From the NCBI GenBank assembly GCA_964016885.1, contig OZ024742.1, positions 158,658,001 through 158,722,000 of the forward strand: a stretch of DNA of 64,000 nucleotides, read 5' to 3'. Position 1 is the stretch's first letter. Each line of letters starts with the position of its first letter. The notes under the pieces were generated by a model. It searched no databases and was not told where the DNA came from. It saw only the letters and a list, made by a program, of their open reading frames with translations. Shown here in pieces: positions 1 through 14,101 of the stretch. Both the position numbers and the translations under genes were made by a program. The stretch comes from Eledone cirrhosa. Its lineage: Eukaryota.

Positions 1-390
1 ACCCGAGCCTGTCCGGCCAATTTTTGTTCACCTAATTTAAATAGACCAATCTCGTTCCAGATGTTTTGCATCCGTTTCCTATAGTCTTTTTCCATGGGGT
101 TACTCTTCAGGTAACATTCCATGTCAGTTCTATTCAATTCTTTCGTCCAGTTTGTTCTCGTCCCATTCCTTCTTCCTCCTCCAACAGTATTTGGATGACA
201 GCCAGGTCCTTGCTGCTGGGCCAGGGAGCACTTGCTGGGTTAGAGTCTTTCACGTGACGTTCCAGTCTCCTTTTCACCGTTATTCGAACTGATTAGGTTC
301 GACATTTAAACACACATATCGAGGATTGGTGAATGTATGGTTATATAACCACCGGTCATTTTAGCGTGGCACCATCACCTTGTAGACGAA
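1..390 (-). mobile_element. 5' part of an R4/Dong-clade non-LTR retrotransposon running off the left edge; ORF starts at 305 and has a premature stop
   Basis: Near-identical to 32357-32770 and 42779-43200. ATG at 305 gives MSNLISSNNGEKETG, followed by an in-frame TAA at 242-240. Confidence 0.9.
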
Positions 391-1989
391 AATAAATAAA
401 TAAACAAATATAAAAATGATAACACTAACGAAATATTTGATTTTAACCTTGTTACGATTGGAACAATCTAGAACCAAGACAACTAAAAAATAACGAACTA
501 AAGAAAATGTGTGCAACAAAAATACTAGATGTGTGGATTAGAATAACCGTTCATCGCCATTACCAATTATTTAAAGGACTCTATAATAGAACAGTTCACA
601 ATAATTGCTAAACGCTGGAATTAAATTCAGCAGTGTCTCATTTTGTGAAGTGTTAAACTTGTAAATGAGAGCAAATTTAGATATTTTAATGTAATTAAGT
701 AATTTTCTGCTACAAAAGCAAGACTTTCAACAAACGCAGTTTTCGAAAAACGTTTCATTAACGTCAACCATATATTATTTGATATTAACATATTTATATT
801 AACAAAACACCTGGCAACAAAACGAGAAAAATTAATGAGAAAAAAGTAAAAAGTGAAGAGAAAACGCCACACTCCTGCCACATACGCTTCGTGTAAAAGA
901 TGATAAAAGCAGTGCCGTGATACATAATCCAAACTATATCACGGGGTTCCTACCTCTGGTGGAATGTCCTTCCTCTAATTTTGTGGAGGAAAACGGCTGT
1001 CCGGGGACCGAGGACACCGGAGGTTTGACTGTGAACTACACGAAAAGGAGTTAATTGGTCAAATTCCTGTACTTTTATATATTCTGATACTCTGCGTCAC
1101 GAGGGGGGGAGAAACCACGAGGCTGGAGCCGAAGAACATTGAAGGGAGTGGCGTCCCAGATTCGTACATTTAATTACTTTTGAAACATAGGCCCAAAACT
1201 ACTTGCAGTTGCGTTTTATATAGCACTATGGTGTTTATATAGATACAAGCATGTATGATTGTGTATTTTCTGTGTAAGCATGTGTGTTAATCTATGTAAG
1301 GATATGTGTAAATTCACGTGTCTGTGAGTGAGTGTGTGTTTTCATGTAAGTGTGTGCGTATGTCTATATTTAATCATATATGTATATCTATACACATAGA
1401 ACATTCTTAACTAAGGGGTATAAGACTAGCTATGCTAATATGCATTTCCGTATGAATATATGCTTCTCCGTCATTGTCATTCTGTATATTTTTATCTGTT
1501 AATATTTGTATACCCATAGTTCCTTGACTGGGTGTAAATTTGCAACTTTATTTGCATCTAACTCTGAATACTTGGTTATGTATGTGCAGTATGCACGTAT
1601 CCGGGACCTACACCTCGTTGTTTGTACTGATATATGACATTATATTCCACTGTCGATATCAGTTTGTGTGTGCATATATGTTCTTATGTGTACGAGATTG
1701 TATGTACAACAGCATATGTGCGCATGGATAGATATATATATGCACCTAGATTTCTACATAGATGGAGTCCATCCTCTTTCCATTACACACCTTTCGTGGA
1801 GTCCGACACACATTATTCTAACGCAAATACTATGACATTTATATAGAGACTTCTAGGCAACAAGAAACTGTCCATTGTTACAATACTCCTGCAGAACCTT
1901 CCACAACAAGCAGTATCTCTACATCTCAATGTAAAAACACATAGCACAGATCTTACCGGAGGGGTGGGGTTAACAAGGATATTCCTCTA

Positions 1990-2200
1990 TCCTTAGAGCA
2001 ATCTCACTCCCGAATACCATTGCTTGGTGCCGTTCCAGAAATCCAGGTCACTCAACACACACAATTCAGCCAGAGAATACATTCTCTTCAAGTCTTTTAA
2101 CGTGTCAGGCCGAATTTTACCCTCCTCAGAGGCCTTCCCATATTTCAGCGGTTTGATTACTCTGGTTATCCTCTCTATGCTTGATTTTTGGTGTATTAAA
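1990..2200 (-). mobile_element. Decayed LINE RT N-terminal fragment (RTE-like)
   Basis: Translation VIKPLKYGKASEEGKIRPDTLKDL...LAELC resembles the LINE K-A-x-G-x-D-x-I-x-x-E-x-L-K motif preceding RT domain 1. Confidence 0.5.
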
Positions 2201-5200
2201 CTAGATTTCCTTGTTGTACATATGAGTGTGCGTGTACGTGTATTTGTCTGTATATATATGGTTATATACATGTGTGTTTTTTTAAATATGTATGTTTTAT
2301 ATAATATCAATGTGTATGTTTTATATAATATCAATGCACGCTTCATACAGTCATGCTAACATAAATTCTTCATACTAACATAAAATAAAAAATCCTGCTA
2401 CCTTCCCAAGCCTTCTCAAACACATTTCAACTAGGTAGATTGGGATGTTGAGAGGGTTAGACATTTGAGCCAAAGATACGGTACACATCTAGTAGCAAGA
2501 TTCGAACCAAAAATCTAATCTTTATTTAGGATTTAGTCATATTAAGAATATGCAAAAAGCTGATAATAACATACGGATGTATTCTCTTTGGCTAAGCAAT
2601 TCCTCGTCGATATGCGATTGAATACAAACAAGGATATTTCTGCATCTAAATTACATTAATTTTCATACACGTAGAAAAATTAATGGCGCCCAATCATGGT
2701 GCCACGAAGCGACATATTGCTTTGATTGTCGCCATTGTTGAGAATATTTCACAATAGTTGCAATAAATATGCGTGTTAAAAGCCGTATTATTCCCAGCAT
2801 AGAAAATAATACCCGCTTACTTGCTTAATATTTTTATTATTATTTGCCTCAGTAGTAGTAGTAGTAGGTTGTTATTGTTGTTGTTGTTGTTGTTGTTGTA
2901 AAGGTGCATATTCTCATTCATTTTATTTTCATTTTAATGAAACTTGTTCGTTTATTTGATGGTTCTTTTCTTAAAATTTCATACTTAAACTTTTCTTTAT
3001 AATTTCTTTTTATCCACCAAACGCAATATCAAGTAACAATATATTTGTAAATCATCTATTTTCCTTTTCTGACTTCTATCTGAATCTCTATCTCTCTCCT
3101 TCTATCTCTCTCCTTCTATCTCTCTCCTTCTATCTCTCTGTCTCTTTCTTTCGCTCACTTTCTCCCTCTCAGTCTCTTTCTTTCTCTATCTCTCTTTCTC
3201 TCTCTCTCTCCCCTCTCTCTCTCTTTCTATTTCATTATAATATACATACATATAATATACATATATATATATTATGTATTGTTTTAGTTGTCGTTTATGT
3301 TTGCGTGCAGAAAAAATTTCTACATGTTGGAGAAATTGCAGATTAATTGCTGTAAAACAATGCAAATGTTATCAATATATATGTTTGTTTTTGTTGCTGC
3401 TGCTGTTGTTGTTTATTTCATTGTTTTATTTTTTTTTGTCTTTGTATTTTTTACTTCAGTTACTTTGTAGAAATGCATGCCAACGTCAAATAAATAACAG
3501 GCTCAAAGACGACGCGAAAGATCGAGTTAGAAAACAAAAAGAAAGTAATGTACTTAAAACAAGCTGGGTTTCTGATAAGAGATTTCTTCGTTGTTGCTCA
3601 GAAAAAGAATAATTAACAACGTTAGACGGGTGTGAAGTCGAATATATTATAAAATATCTTAAACGAAAGCAACTGGAAAAATTAGAGACATGCTTCTGAT
3701 TTCTTTGTTGTAGTTGTTGCAGCTATCATCGAACCAAAGACGAAATGTGAAAATAATTCTATAAAAGCAAGACAAATTACCTCTCGAGTTCCACAACATT
3801 TATAATCTTTTTCATACTCTTGTAAATTAATTTAGGCAAATCAGTTCTTAATTTCTTGAAATTAGCAGCCATTTCCTTTGGAGGTGGCAAACAATTAGTG
3901 CTGAATTTTTGTTTCCTGTTTTCAACAAAGAGGAACATATAAAATAAACGAGATTGTTTTTACATATCTAATGCAGTACATCGTCAATGCTGTGTGTATC
4001 CAATTTAGTATAGGTAGGCTTTATACTTGCGTGTCGTAGGAGACAACTGGCATTCGGTCAGAAATTCGGCAAGGGCATTCGGTCAGAAATCACTGCTTCA
4101 AATGAGTATGACGACTGCCATGAGGTTATGATGACTAAACCCTGCTTTAGCATGGGAAATTGGCCTCAAATTGATTGTTGTTGTTTCAGTACGTCACCCT
4201 TTAACTTATTTGTTTAAATTTATTCTATCGTTCCACATATGTTGTTTCTTTTAGCTCAGCATTTATAGAGGCTATTAAGAATAAACATCTTCTATATGTA
4301 GAATATTTCAGTAAATGTCAAAAGCAGGTTTGTGTGGACGATACTATTCTGGTGAGGTATATAGAACCCTAGTATATACACCACGGCTTTGGAAACGCAG
4401 CTAACCTTTCTTTCCTCATACAACAAGAGGCTCAATGTTGGCAATTGCAATTTGGTTGTTGATGTGTGTTTCCACTCACCCCGCCAAATAATATCCGAAA
4501 GAATTATACGGAGCTTACCTCAAACCACTTCAAGAAGTTAGAATATCATTGCCCTTGTCACGTTTTATATGGACACTGAAGTACTAGGGACATAAATTCT
4601 CCTATATAACATAGAACAATCCCGAGACCCACAATGCTATACCTATCCTAGAAGCGGGACTTACACAAATAGCCCCTTATATCACCCCAAAAAATGCTAT
4701 TTTTTTCCATCTCATATCAAGCAGCACAGAATATAATTCCAAGGACTACGGAAACAAACTACAGTCTTGTGCCTTCCAGCATTCAATCATATCACAGGCA
4801 TCAACCTTGATATCTATCACATGGATCTGTATACCCAATTGCAACCTATCAAGGACTGATGAGGTGCCTCCCTTCTGATCCAAGGAAATCTTGAAAATAG
4901 ACATATGTCTGCGTGTCTGGAAACTTTCATATAACGACGTATTGAGTGTGTTTTTGTTTTAGCCCATACTTGCTTCTATAACATATACACACTCACACAT
5001 ATGGAAACTGTTTGAAACCCATTATATTTATGCATGTTTAAGTTTACTCTTTACTCTTTACGCTATGTTAGAGATTGATAAAGTAAATATCGATCGTGTA
5101 AAAAAATGACATCGACCGCTTAAATATCTTCAAGCCTGTACCCCATCTTGGTCGAAGTCATATAACTTGGACTAGCAATGTAGTACAGCAATTTGTTAAA

Positions 5201-5628
5201 ATGTGCAGACACTGGGGGGAATAATATAAGTTCAGAAATGCAAATAAAGTTTTAAACAGGGAAAAAGATATGTTTGGCATGTGTGTATGTGTGTCTGTGC
5301 ATGTGACGTATTAGTTCATGTGACGTATTAGTTCATATGTATGTGAGCCTTTTTTTATCTTTTCTTTCGTCTTTCTCGTCCGTCTCTTGGTAGTTGTTAT
5401 TCTATTTTGGGGGATTCTATGTCTGGGGGTGTCTCTGTATGTATCCTTTTAGATTTGTTTTGTGTGTCCTTATACTGTCATCACTTGCTAGGATGTGGGG
5501 TTATTATTCTCTATTCTTGGTTTCTATTGAGTTTAAGCTTACATCCATTTGCATCTGTCACTACCTAAATCTCTTTAAGCGTTGCGGCTGATCGATATGT
5601 AGATATAATTTATATTTCAGTGTTGTAT

Positions 5629-5972
5629 GGAGGCACATGGCTTAGTGGTTAGAGCATTGGGCTTGCAATCGAAAGGTTGTGAGTTCAATTCTCAGACCGG
5701 ATGGTGGTGTTGTTTCCTTGAGCAAGACACTTTATTTCACATTGCTCCAGTTTACTCAACTATAGAAATGAGATGATAGGGACTGGGGTCCCTATCATTC
5801 CACTGTAAAGTGGTCGTGTAGATGCCACAGCAAAAAAGCACCCAACACTCACTGTAAATGAGGTTGGTGTTAAGAAGGGCATCCAGCTGTAGAAATCAAG
5901 CCAGAATCAGTTCCCGTCCCACCCTTGCAAGCAGGGAAAAGTGGACGTAAAATGATGATGATAATGATGATG
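5629..5972 (+). mobile_element. tRNA-derived SINE with RTE-type 3' tail
   Basis: Box A TGGCTTAGTGG, box B GAGTTCAATTC and core CCTTGAGCAAGACACTT. Tail GGTTGGTGTTAAGAAGGGCATCCAGCTGTA...(GAT)n is shared with 23195-23361. Confidence 0.85.
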
Positions 5973-6217
5973 TTGTCGTCTTGTGAAACCTGATGTTCTA
6001 GTTTGGCATATTTGAAGAGGCCTGGTGAGTGTTTCTCACCTTGGAGTTGTCGCTAGTGCTTCTTTATCTGTTCTTTTATACTGCGAGCTGTCTGCTGCTG
6101 TCTCATTCTGTATTATGGATCGCCGACCGTTCGCTCCACGACCGAGCAGAATTTGATTTTTCCGCATTGAAACCACAGTTTCCAAACCAGTTTCTATAAC
6201 CTCCATTTATGCTTGAA

Positions 6218-6225
6218 TACACACA

Positions 6226-6280
<55 letters not shown>
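6218..6280. repeat. (CA)n microsatellite
   Basis: Seen directly. Confidence 0.95.
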
Positions 6281-6287
<7 letters not shown>

Positions 6288-6671
6288 CACAAACATAGGT
6301 GAACTGGCCTCAGAAGTATAGATGTGAATATACACATACAGACACATGTACGTCTGCACACCTACCCAACCGGTCACCTACTCTAACTCCCTGTGTTAAA
6401 TATTGCTTCCCCAAAACGGCTGGCGAAACCACACAGCTTTCCCTCTGAAAATGTGTTTTTTCCAATTCTTCCTTTTCTTCCTCTCGTCCATCTTGTTCTT
6501 TCTTCATTTGTCTCTCATTCTATCTATTAATGCAAGACTAGCGTCCGAAACGTTAAGAATCTTTGCTTAGTATATAAAGCGTTAAATTAATATATATCCT
6601 CATTCTATAGTTCGTACACATATTTATCGAATATATATATATATGTATGTATATATGTGGATGTGTGAGTG

Positions 6672-6710
<39 letters not shown>

Positions 6711-6768
6711 GACGTAAAATAAGAAAATTAAAAAAAAAATTAAAAATTAACTTACTTACTAAAATTTC

Positions 6769-6850
6769 ACTCCAACTAATTAGTTTCTGTAATGGGATAA
6801 AGATAGTTACGTAATATAACCATCGAGAATTCATTACGTCATCAGGGAGT
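6769..6850 (-). ncRNA. Type-I minimal hammerhead ribozyme
   Basis: ACTCC-CTGATGA-cGTAATG(loop)CATTACa-GAAA-CTAATTAG-TT-GGAGT: 5-bp stem I, palindromic stem III, GUU cleavage triplet. Confidence 0.8.
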
Positions 6851-7476
6851 CTATTCTCAGCTAAGTCTCCAGGCAATGCGCGGACACTATGGACTCATAT
6901 AAAAATAATAATAATTCGGTGGATGGAACAGCTGGCGGGGACTGGATTCCATGCACTAAAAAAGTTCGCTGTCTCTGGTCAAATGGCAGATTCTAAAGAA
7001 TCAATCACGTGACACTGAGGCTAGTCGGAAGGAGTGGGTTGGTAAGATGACAAAAGCCTACTACCACACCAATGAATTAGTAATGGATTTGGCAGGTTTG
7101 CTCAACAAATAAATAATTTGGAGATAAATATAGAGAATTAGTATATCTACCAACATATGCGTACAGATGTACACTAATGCTAGCAAATACATAAGTTATG
7201 TCATAGTACCTAGGTGGTTCAATGCAGGAGGATGCAGAACAATTATGAAAGACGTAAAATAAGTAGTAGGCTTTTGTCATCTTACCAACCCACTCCTTCC
7301 GACTAGCCTCAGTGTCACGTGATTGATTCTTTAGAATCTGCCATTTGACCAGAGACAGCGAACTTGTTCAGTGCATGGAATCCAGTCCCCGCTAGCTGTT
7401 CCATCCACCGAATTATTATTATTTTTATATGAGTCCCTAGTATCCGTGCATTGCCTGGAGACTTAGCTGAGAATAG

Positions 7477-7558
7477 ACTCCCTGATGACGTAATGAATTC
7501 TCGATGGTTATATTACGTAACTATCTTTATCCCATTACAGAAAATAATTAGTTGGAGT
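7477..7558 (+). ncRNA. Hammerhead ribozyme, inverted copy with a stem III C->A change
   Basis: Same motif as 6769-6850, but GAAAATAATTAGTT instead of GAAACTAATTAGTT. Confidence 0.65.
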
Positions 7559-7741
7559 GAAATTTTAGTAAGTAAGTTAATTTTTAATTTTTTTTTAAAT
7601 TTTCTTATTTTACGTCTTTCATAATTGTTCTGCATCCTCCTGCATTGAACCACCTAGGTACTATGACCTAACTTATGTATTTGCTAGCATTAGTGTACAT
7701 CTGTACGCATATGTTGGTAGGTATACTAATTCTCTCTCTCT

Positions 7742-8346
<605 letters not shown>

Positions 8347-8864
8347 AATGCCCATTCCGTATCTATCAATTTATCCATCAATGTCTATTACTCCAGACTC
8401 TAAGTAAGCGCACTCGATGCAATCTATTCCATGCAATTAAGATTTCAAACAGATACATAACACACAATCTCAAGACGGTAGTATTTTTACTAATTCCTAC
8501 TTCATATCGTTTCTTCTGAATTCTCTACCGTTACCATCACTATATACAACCACTTACCACCACTTACCACAATCACCACATCCACCACCACTAATACAAC
8601 AATATTTTTTTCTCTTTTATATTATTTTCTCCTTACGTATTCTTTTTTTCTGCCTTCTACGTGTAGTGTGTAAAGGTATCTGTGCATGCATACTTTTATG
8701 TTTGCTATACACCTGTAGCATCATATAGACACATAGTTATGTATACCAATTGAGAGTGATGCGTTAAGATATGTGTGTGTGTGTATCCGCCTATGTATAT
8801 ATCTATATGTACATGTGTGTGTATATATATATACATGTATGTGTGTGTATGTGTGTGTGTGTAA

Positions 8865-8963
<99 letters not shown>

Positions 8964-8985
8964 GAGAGGGGGAGAGAGAGAGAGA
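8865..8985. repeat. (TA)n-(GA)n compound microsatellite
   Basis: Seen directly. Confidence 0.95.
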
Positions 8986-9419
8986 TAAGTGTGTGAGCGT
9001 GTGAGAATGTGTGCTTAGATAATAATGAATAACTAGTATATATATATTTATATATATATATAGACATATATATGTCTGTGTGTGAGAGAGAGAGTGTTTA
9101 TATATGTATGTAGATATATATCATCGTTTATGTGCATATATAGATACGTATCATCGTACACTCATACATATAGAGAGATAGATCTGTGTATGCGTGTGTC
9201 TAGGTTTGTTTGTGTATGTATATATGTATGACTGTGTATGTTTATGTATGTGTGTGCTTATGTATGGATGCTTATGTGTGTGCTTAAATGGTAATGAATA
9301 ACTACTAGTGCGGTTAGTCTAAACATGTGACTAAGTGCTGTTCGGAAACAATGTCGAGCTCTAATTATAAGATTTCTGTAATCTCGGTAAATATATCTTT
9401 CTCCTCATTATCCTCAGCA

Positions 9420-9606
<187 letters not shown>

Positions 9607-10670
9607 ATTTTATATTACTTCTACATTAACGAGCACAGCTTTGTGTGCCTTGGGCATGTGCAGTGATGGTATTTCTATTATATTGAGTGTATTCTTATCA
9701 ATATGTGTGCAGTGCCTAGTAGAGCTATTTTCTCTATACTACATATATATTTGTAAATCCTGAGGTTTATATCATGTATCTGCTTCTGTGTTCTTTGTCC
9801 TTCTTGGAGAACCTATTATTATAAGAATTGTTTATATTTACAATCATCCACATATGGTTATTTCTATCTCTAGATCCTTATATTTGGATAATCTTTCCAT
9901 TACCTTTATAGGTGTACTGTCATCTGCGAGGATAGATACATCAATTAGAAGACAAGTTTTTATGGTCTTTCACATTGGTCGGTTTGTTGATTTTGTTCTT
10001 CCCGTCTGTGTGTATTGGCATATACCTTAGTATGGCTGCTTTGTTATTCTCTTGTGCATGTTCGTACCATCTTTTTTTTCTGTTGGTATTTCGAAGTGGT
10101 GTCATAACATCTAGTTTGCATAAATCCCAAATCTAACATGTCTTTGGATATATTATTTTATGGTTACGACTAGGCAACCACAAACAATGTGGTTAATTGA
10201 TTCTTCCCCAGCACAACATATTCTACAGTTACTTATTGTTCTGCTTCATTATGTATTTTTGGTGCTTTCTGGTGGCTTCTGGGGAGGGTTTGATTTCGTG
10301 TTCAGTTTCTAAGGCATTGGCCATTTAGGGTTTTTTTTCTTGTCATTGCTTTAGCGTAACATTCTGGAGATATAATTTAATTTCAATTTTGATTTTATGT
10401 TCCTGTTGCTGTTTCTTCTGTGTTCTGAATTTCCCATAATTATTTGTCAATCCAGCTTCTCTTGCAATTTGTTGGCTTCCTTAAAGACAAACATTTTTTT
10501 TTTTTGTATTGTTCATGTTTCGTAGCTATTTCTATTAACTTTCAATTATTTTTCAACATATATTTTTTTGTTTTCCTGCAGTGATTATTTTGTAATAGTT
10601 TTCTAGTTGCATAAGTCATCTTCCTCCTTTTGGATGGACATGTTTGGGACATGTTTGGTCATAAGACACT
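9607..10670 (-). mobile_element. Old degenerate R4/Dong-like LINE, 3' part
   Basis: Minus-strand remnants CAGEESINHIVCGC, WYEH, ALLGTAHI and AHAQGTQ. Homologous to 21475-22460. Confidence 0.75.
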
Positions 10671-10722
10671 GTAGTTATGCAAGATAAGATACATACACGC
10701 GTTCAAAATTACATAGTACGAG

Positions 10723-10804
<82 letters not shown>

Positions 10805-11614
10805 CATAAACCCGTACATATAAACCCGCACGCATTCACACACTGATGTAGGCAGAATTAATCATCCATTTTCATTTCTTTTGATATCGTGGAGGTATTT
10901 CATTCGATTGTTCCAACAATATTCCTTATTTAAGAAGATATAAATGTACTATATGATTGTATGCATATATGTATATCATTATACAAATGAAATCTGACAG
11001 ATTTCTAGTCGGTATAGTTGGTGCAGTGGTATATTGTTTCTATATGCCTGACTGATACCTACGAAGTGTAAATTTCAATTCTCCTTGAATGCATTATGTC
11101 ATAGCATACATACATGATATAGACACACACGAACACACATAAAAACACACTCTCGAGCATAAAGACAAACATACATATACACACAAATACACACATGTAC
11201 ATAACACTTTTCATAGAGATTTATGCAATTCTCATTCTGTCACCGTTTTTGTTGTTCATTGCTATATACGTATATATATTTCGTATTTCTTTAATATTTG
11301 CAAGATTCTTGGTGTGGAATCGTGTACGGAAACAGATAGTATTATACTCTGGAGGCTCAAGCTGTCAATAAAACTGAAACCACTAGATGGGTTTTTGATA
11401 ATTATTATATCTCTCGTGTGTATGAGACTACACATATAACAAAAAAGACAAAACGGAGTAAATAGAAAAAGGTCAAAACAAATAGTAAACACATAAGAAC
11501 ATGAATAGTCACTGAGGTCACAGAATGTGTGACGAAACAGATTTGGCAAATAAATTTTACATCAATCCGATTAACAAATTAATCGAGAAAGGAATTATTT
11601 ACTTGACTAATAAT

Positions 11615-11799
11615 TGTTTCTACTTTTGGCACAAGGCCAGCAATTATCCCAGTGTATTACTGGTACTTTATTTTATCGACCCCGTAAGGATGAAAGGCAA
11701 AGTTAACCTCGGCGGGATTTGAACTCAGTCCGTAAAGGGACGTAACTGTGCTGCAAAGCATGGCGTCCGACCCTCTACCGATCTGCCAATCCACCGCCC
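11615..11799 (-). mobile_element. tRNA-derived SINE with Nin/Deu-type core; 16-bp TSD
   Basis: Head GGCGGTGGATTGGCAG, box B GAGTTCAAATCC and core GCCTTTCATCCTTACGGGGTCGATAAAATAAAGTACCAG. TSD TTACTTGACTAATAAT at 11599 and 11800. Confidence 0.9.
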
Positions 11800-12029
11800 T
11801 TACTTGACTAATAATGATTTCTAGTATAGGCACAAGGCCATTACTTGACTAATAATAGTGTTGATATGAAATTCAAATGTCACGCGGGTGTTTATTGACA
11901 GCATGGTCCTCCCAATATATGATAATATATATATTTTTTGTGTATATTTATATATATATATGTGTGTGCGTGTGTCTGTGTATGTGTGAGTGTGTGTCTG
12001 TGTGTGTCGATTTGGTAGAGTCATTAGAG

Positions 12030-13875
12030 TAATGGATTAGGGTGTCTTCATCCTGAGAGCTAATCCTTTCGGTTTCGGTATAAAATAATACACCCCTAAT
12101 GAGCTGATGTAGCTTTTGGAAGTTGCTCGAGATATTGCAGTATTGACAGGCTTGAGTTACGAAATCTATGGAATCGGTCGATAGCAGGATCCTTCCTACA
12201 AGTGAAATTAGCTGTTGAACAAAATTCTACAGTGTGGGTGCAGAATGACTTCATCGCTCAGTGCACATCTCGAACAGGTCCATCTGACAGTACTTCTATA
12301 GAGTTTGTCTCGAACAGTCCCCACCCCTGATATCTCTACTAGGCCAGGGATTTCTGGAAATTGTCCATAGTCCGCTGGTCGAAATTTCTCCGGGAATAAA
12401 AACGGGTTAGATCATTCTGGTCAATGCTTAGAATTTCTCCGAGAACCTCAATGCTGTTGACCACTACTAGTCATCTATATAACGATGAAATGGAATTTCT
12501 GCTAACTGCATTTCCCAACTGGTTATGTGACTCGGACAACATTCTGGATGCCAGGCGCCCACTCTGGTTCTTCTCTTGGCCCAAGACTGCAGCTAAGTCA
12601 AAGAGACGAGCTATGGAAAAATGCGACTAACAAAGGGCGACCATACCTCTTCACCGTTTAGGAATATTTGCATATTCTGTAGCCTCAGTGCATGTTTGTG
12701 CATCATCAGCTACGGCATGAGCTGGGCCTCGGTAAAGAAACCAGACACTCTGTATAAAACGGCCCTTGTGTCAAGCATCCCTTTACGCTATAGAACAGCA
12801 TAGACGTGCTGAGTTGCAAACCGGATGATTTGTCCGTATTAATTCTTGCAGACGACAACCAATCATACTCAACTAAGAAATTGCCAGCCAGCTTGATTTC
12901 CGAGGTGTTTGAGGCCGCAAATACCGACGCAGCCTTCCACGTCCTGACTTAAGCATGATGCCCTTCAACAGCTCCAGAATCCAAAGTAGTGGCTCGAGAG
13001 TCAGCACATACTGAAGAGATCAGAGATAGCCGTATTGACAGGCCAAGTGGTAGATGTTGTGGTGGTGGTGGTGGTGATAATGAAATCATTTTTTGTATTT
13101 GTTAGGTTGGTCCATATTTTTTCTTTCTTAATTAGTTTCCATGCCTGGGCCAAACGTTCTTTCTTGTCTGAGATATCAACTTGAAACAATTGTCTTTTAT
13201 TGCAGCCGTGGCTGCGAATGAACTGTTGTTGTTGTCCGCTGATGTTGTTGTCCGGTGTTGTTGTTGTTGTTGTTGCTGTTGCTGGTGCTGGTGGTGTCAT
13301 CCGTCTTGTCGCCGTCGTTCTTCTTCTCTTTACCGGTGTTGTTGCCGTCGTTATTGCTGCTGTTGTAATTTTTGTTGTTGTTGCTGTTTTTTCTTTCACT
13401 TGTTTTGTTGTTACTGTTGCTTTTAGTACAGTCGTTGTTGACGCTGTTGATGCTGCTGCTGCTGCTGGTGGCGTTGTTGTCGTTGTTGCTTTCGTTTGTT
13501 TTGCTTTTGTTGTTGGTGCTGCTACTGTTGTTGTTGTTGTTGTTGTTGTTGTTTGCGATGCTGCCTAAAGGGATGGTAGTTTTCATAATAGTGGTGTCAT
13601 TCTTCTCAACGTTTGAGCCATTGTCCCGTGACAGCTGGTTAAACGTGAGGGGGCGTATTCCATCCATTTTTTTTGCCAGAAAAAAAGGGTTCAAATCATA
13701 AAGTTCAAATACTTGGGCCGAAGCCCCGAATATTATGGGTTCGCCTTTCATTAGAGCAATGAATGGCACCTTATATACAGTTCATAACAAAATATATTCA
13801 ACAAATTCCACTTTAAAGCAACTCAAAATAACCAACCTTCTGAAACCAATTTAAACACGTCCGTTGCAAATGAGA
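12030..13875 (-). mobile_element. Degenerate, internally deleted Tx1-like LINE (leader and Asn/Thr-rich ORF1 start joined to ORF2 C-terminus)
   Basis: MDNFQKSLA motif at ~12368 matches the Tx1 C-terminus elsewhere in the window. Low-complexity ORF 13197-13672 and leader architecture resemble 19956-20165. Confidence 0.7.
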
Positions 13876-13889
13876 AATATAATAATAAT

Positions 13890-14101
13890 GATTTCTGATT
13901 TAAGCATAAAGCCAACAATTTTGGGGGAAGGGGAAAGTCGATTAAATTGACCCTAATGCATTACTGGTACTTTATTTTATTGACCCTGTAACGAAGAAAG
14001 GCATAGTTAACCTCGCCGGGATTTGAACTCAGAACGTAAAGGGCCGTAACTCTTTGCTGCGAAGCATGGTGCCTGATGCTCTATCGATACCGCCAATCCA
14101 C
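13890..14101 (-). mobile_element. Nin/Deu-core SINE (longer variant)
   Basis: Same head, box B and core as 11615-11799. Tail ends AGAAATC(ATT)n. Confidence 0.85.

Larger units (their letters stand above)
6705..7735. mobile_element. Non-coding Penelope-pLTR/retrozyme-like element: 540-bp permuted unit plus an inverted copy, within (TA)n
   Basis: 6705-7064 is the reverse complement of 7263-7622, and 7133-7262 is the reverse complement of ~7605-7735. ATGAAAGACGTAAAATAA recurs at 6705 and 7245. Each arm carries a hammerhead motif. Confidence 0.75.

Noticed and set aside
3471-4327. Candidate host exons (3471 onward; 4255-4327 with AG/GT, SAFIEAIKNKHLLYVEYFSKCQKQ)
   Set aside because: Splice-like borders are present, but the first has in-frame stops and neither has a recognisable domain; needs RNA-seq or BLASTX.
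5629-5700. tRNA gene (also the heads at 14560 and 22502)
   Set aside because: Box A/B are present, but the sequence continues into SINE cores and tails without a complete cloverleaf.
6505-6560. Hammerhead at GTCCGAAACGTTAAGAAT
   Set aside because: The CTGANGA box is not recognisable; at best a decayed remnant.
13197-13769. Asn-rich 190-aa ORF as a host prion-like protein
   Set aside because: It lies between a LINE-type leader and Tx1 ORF2 remnants and is better explained as the low-complexity start of ORF1.
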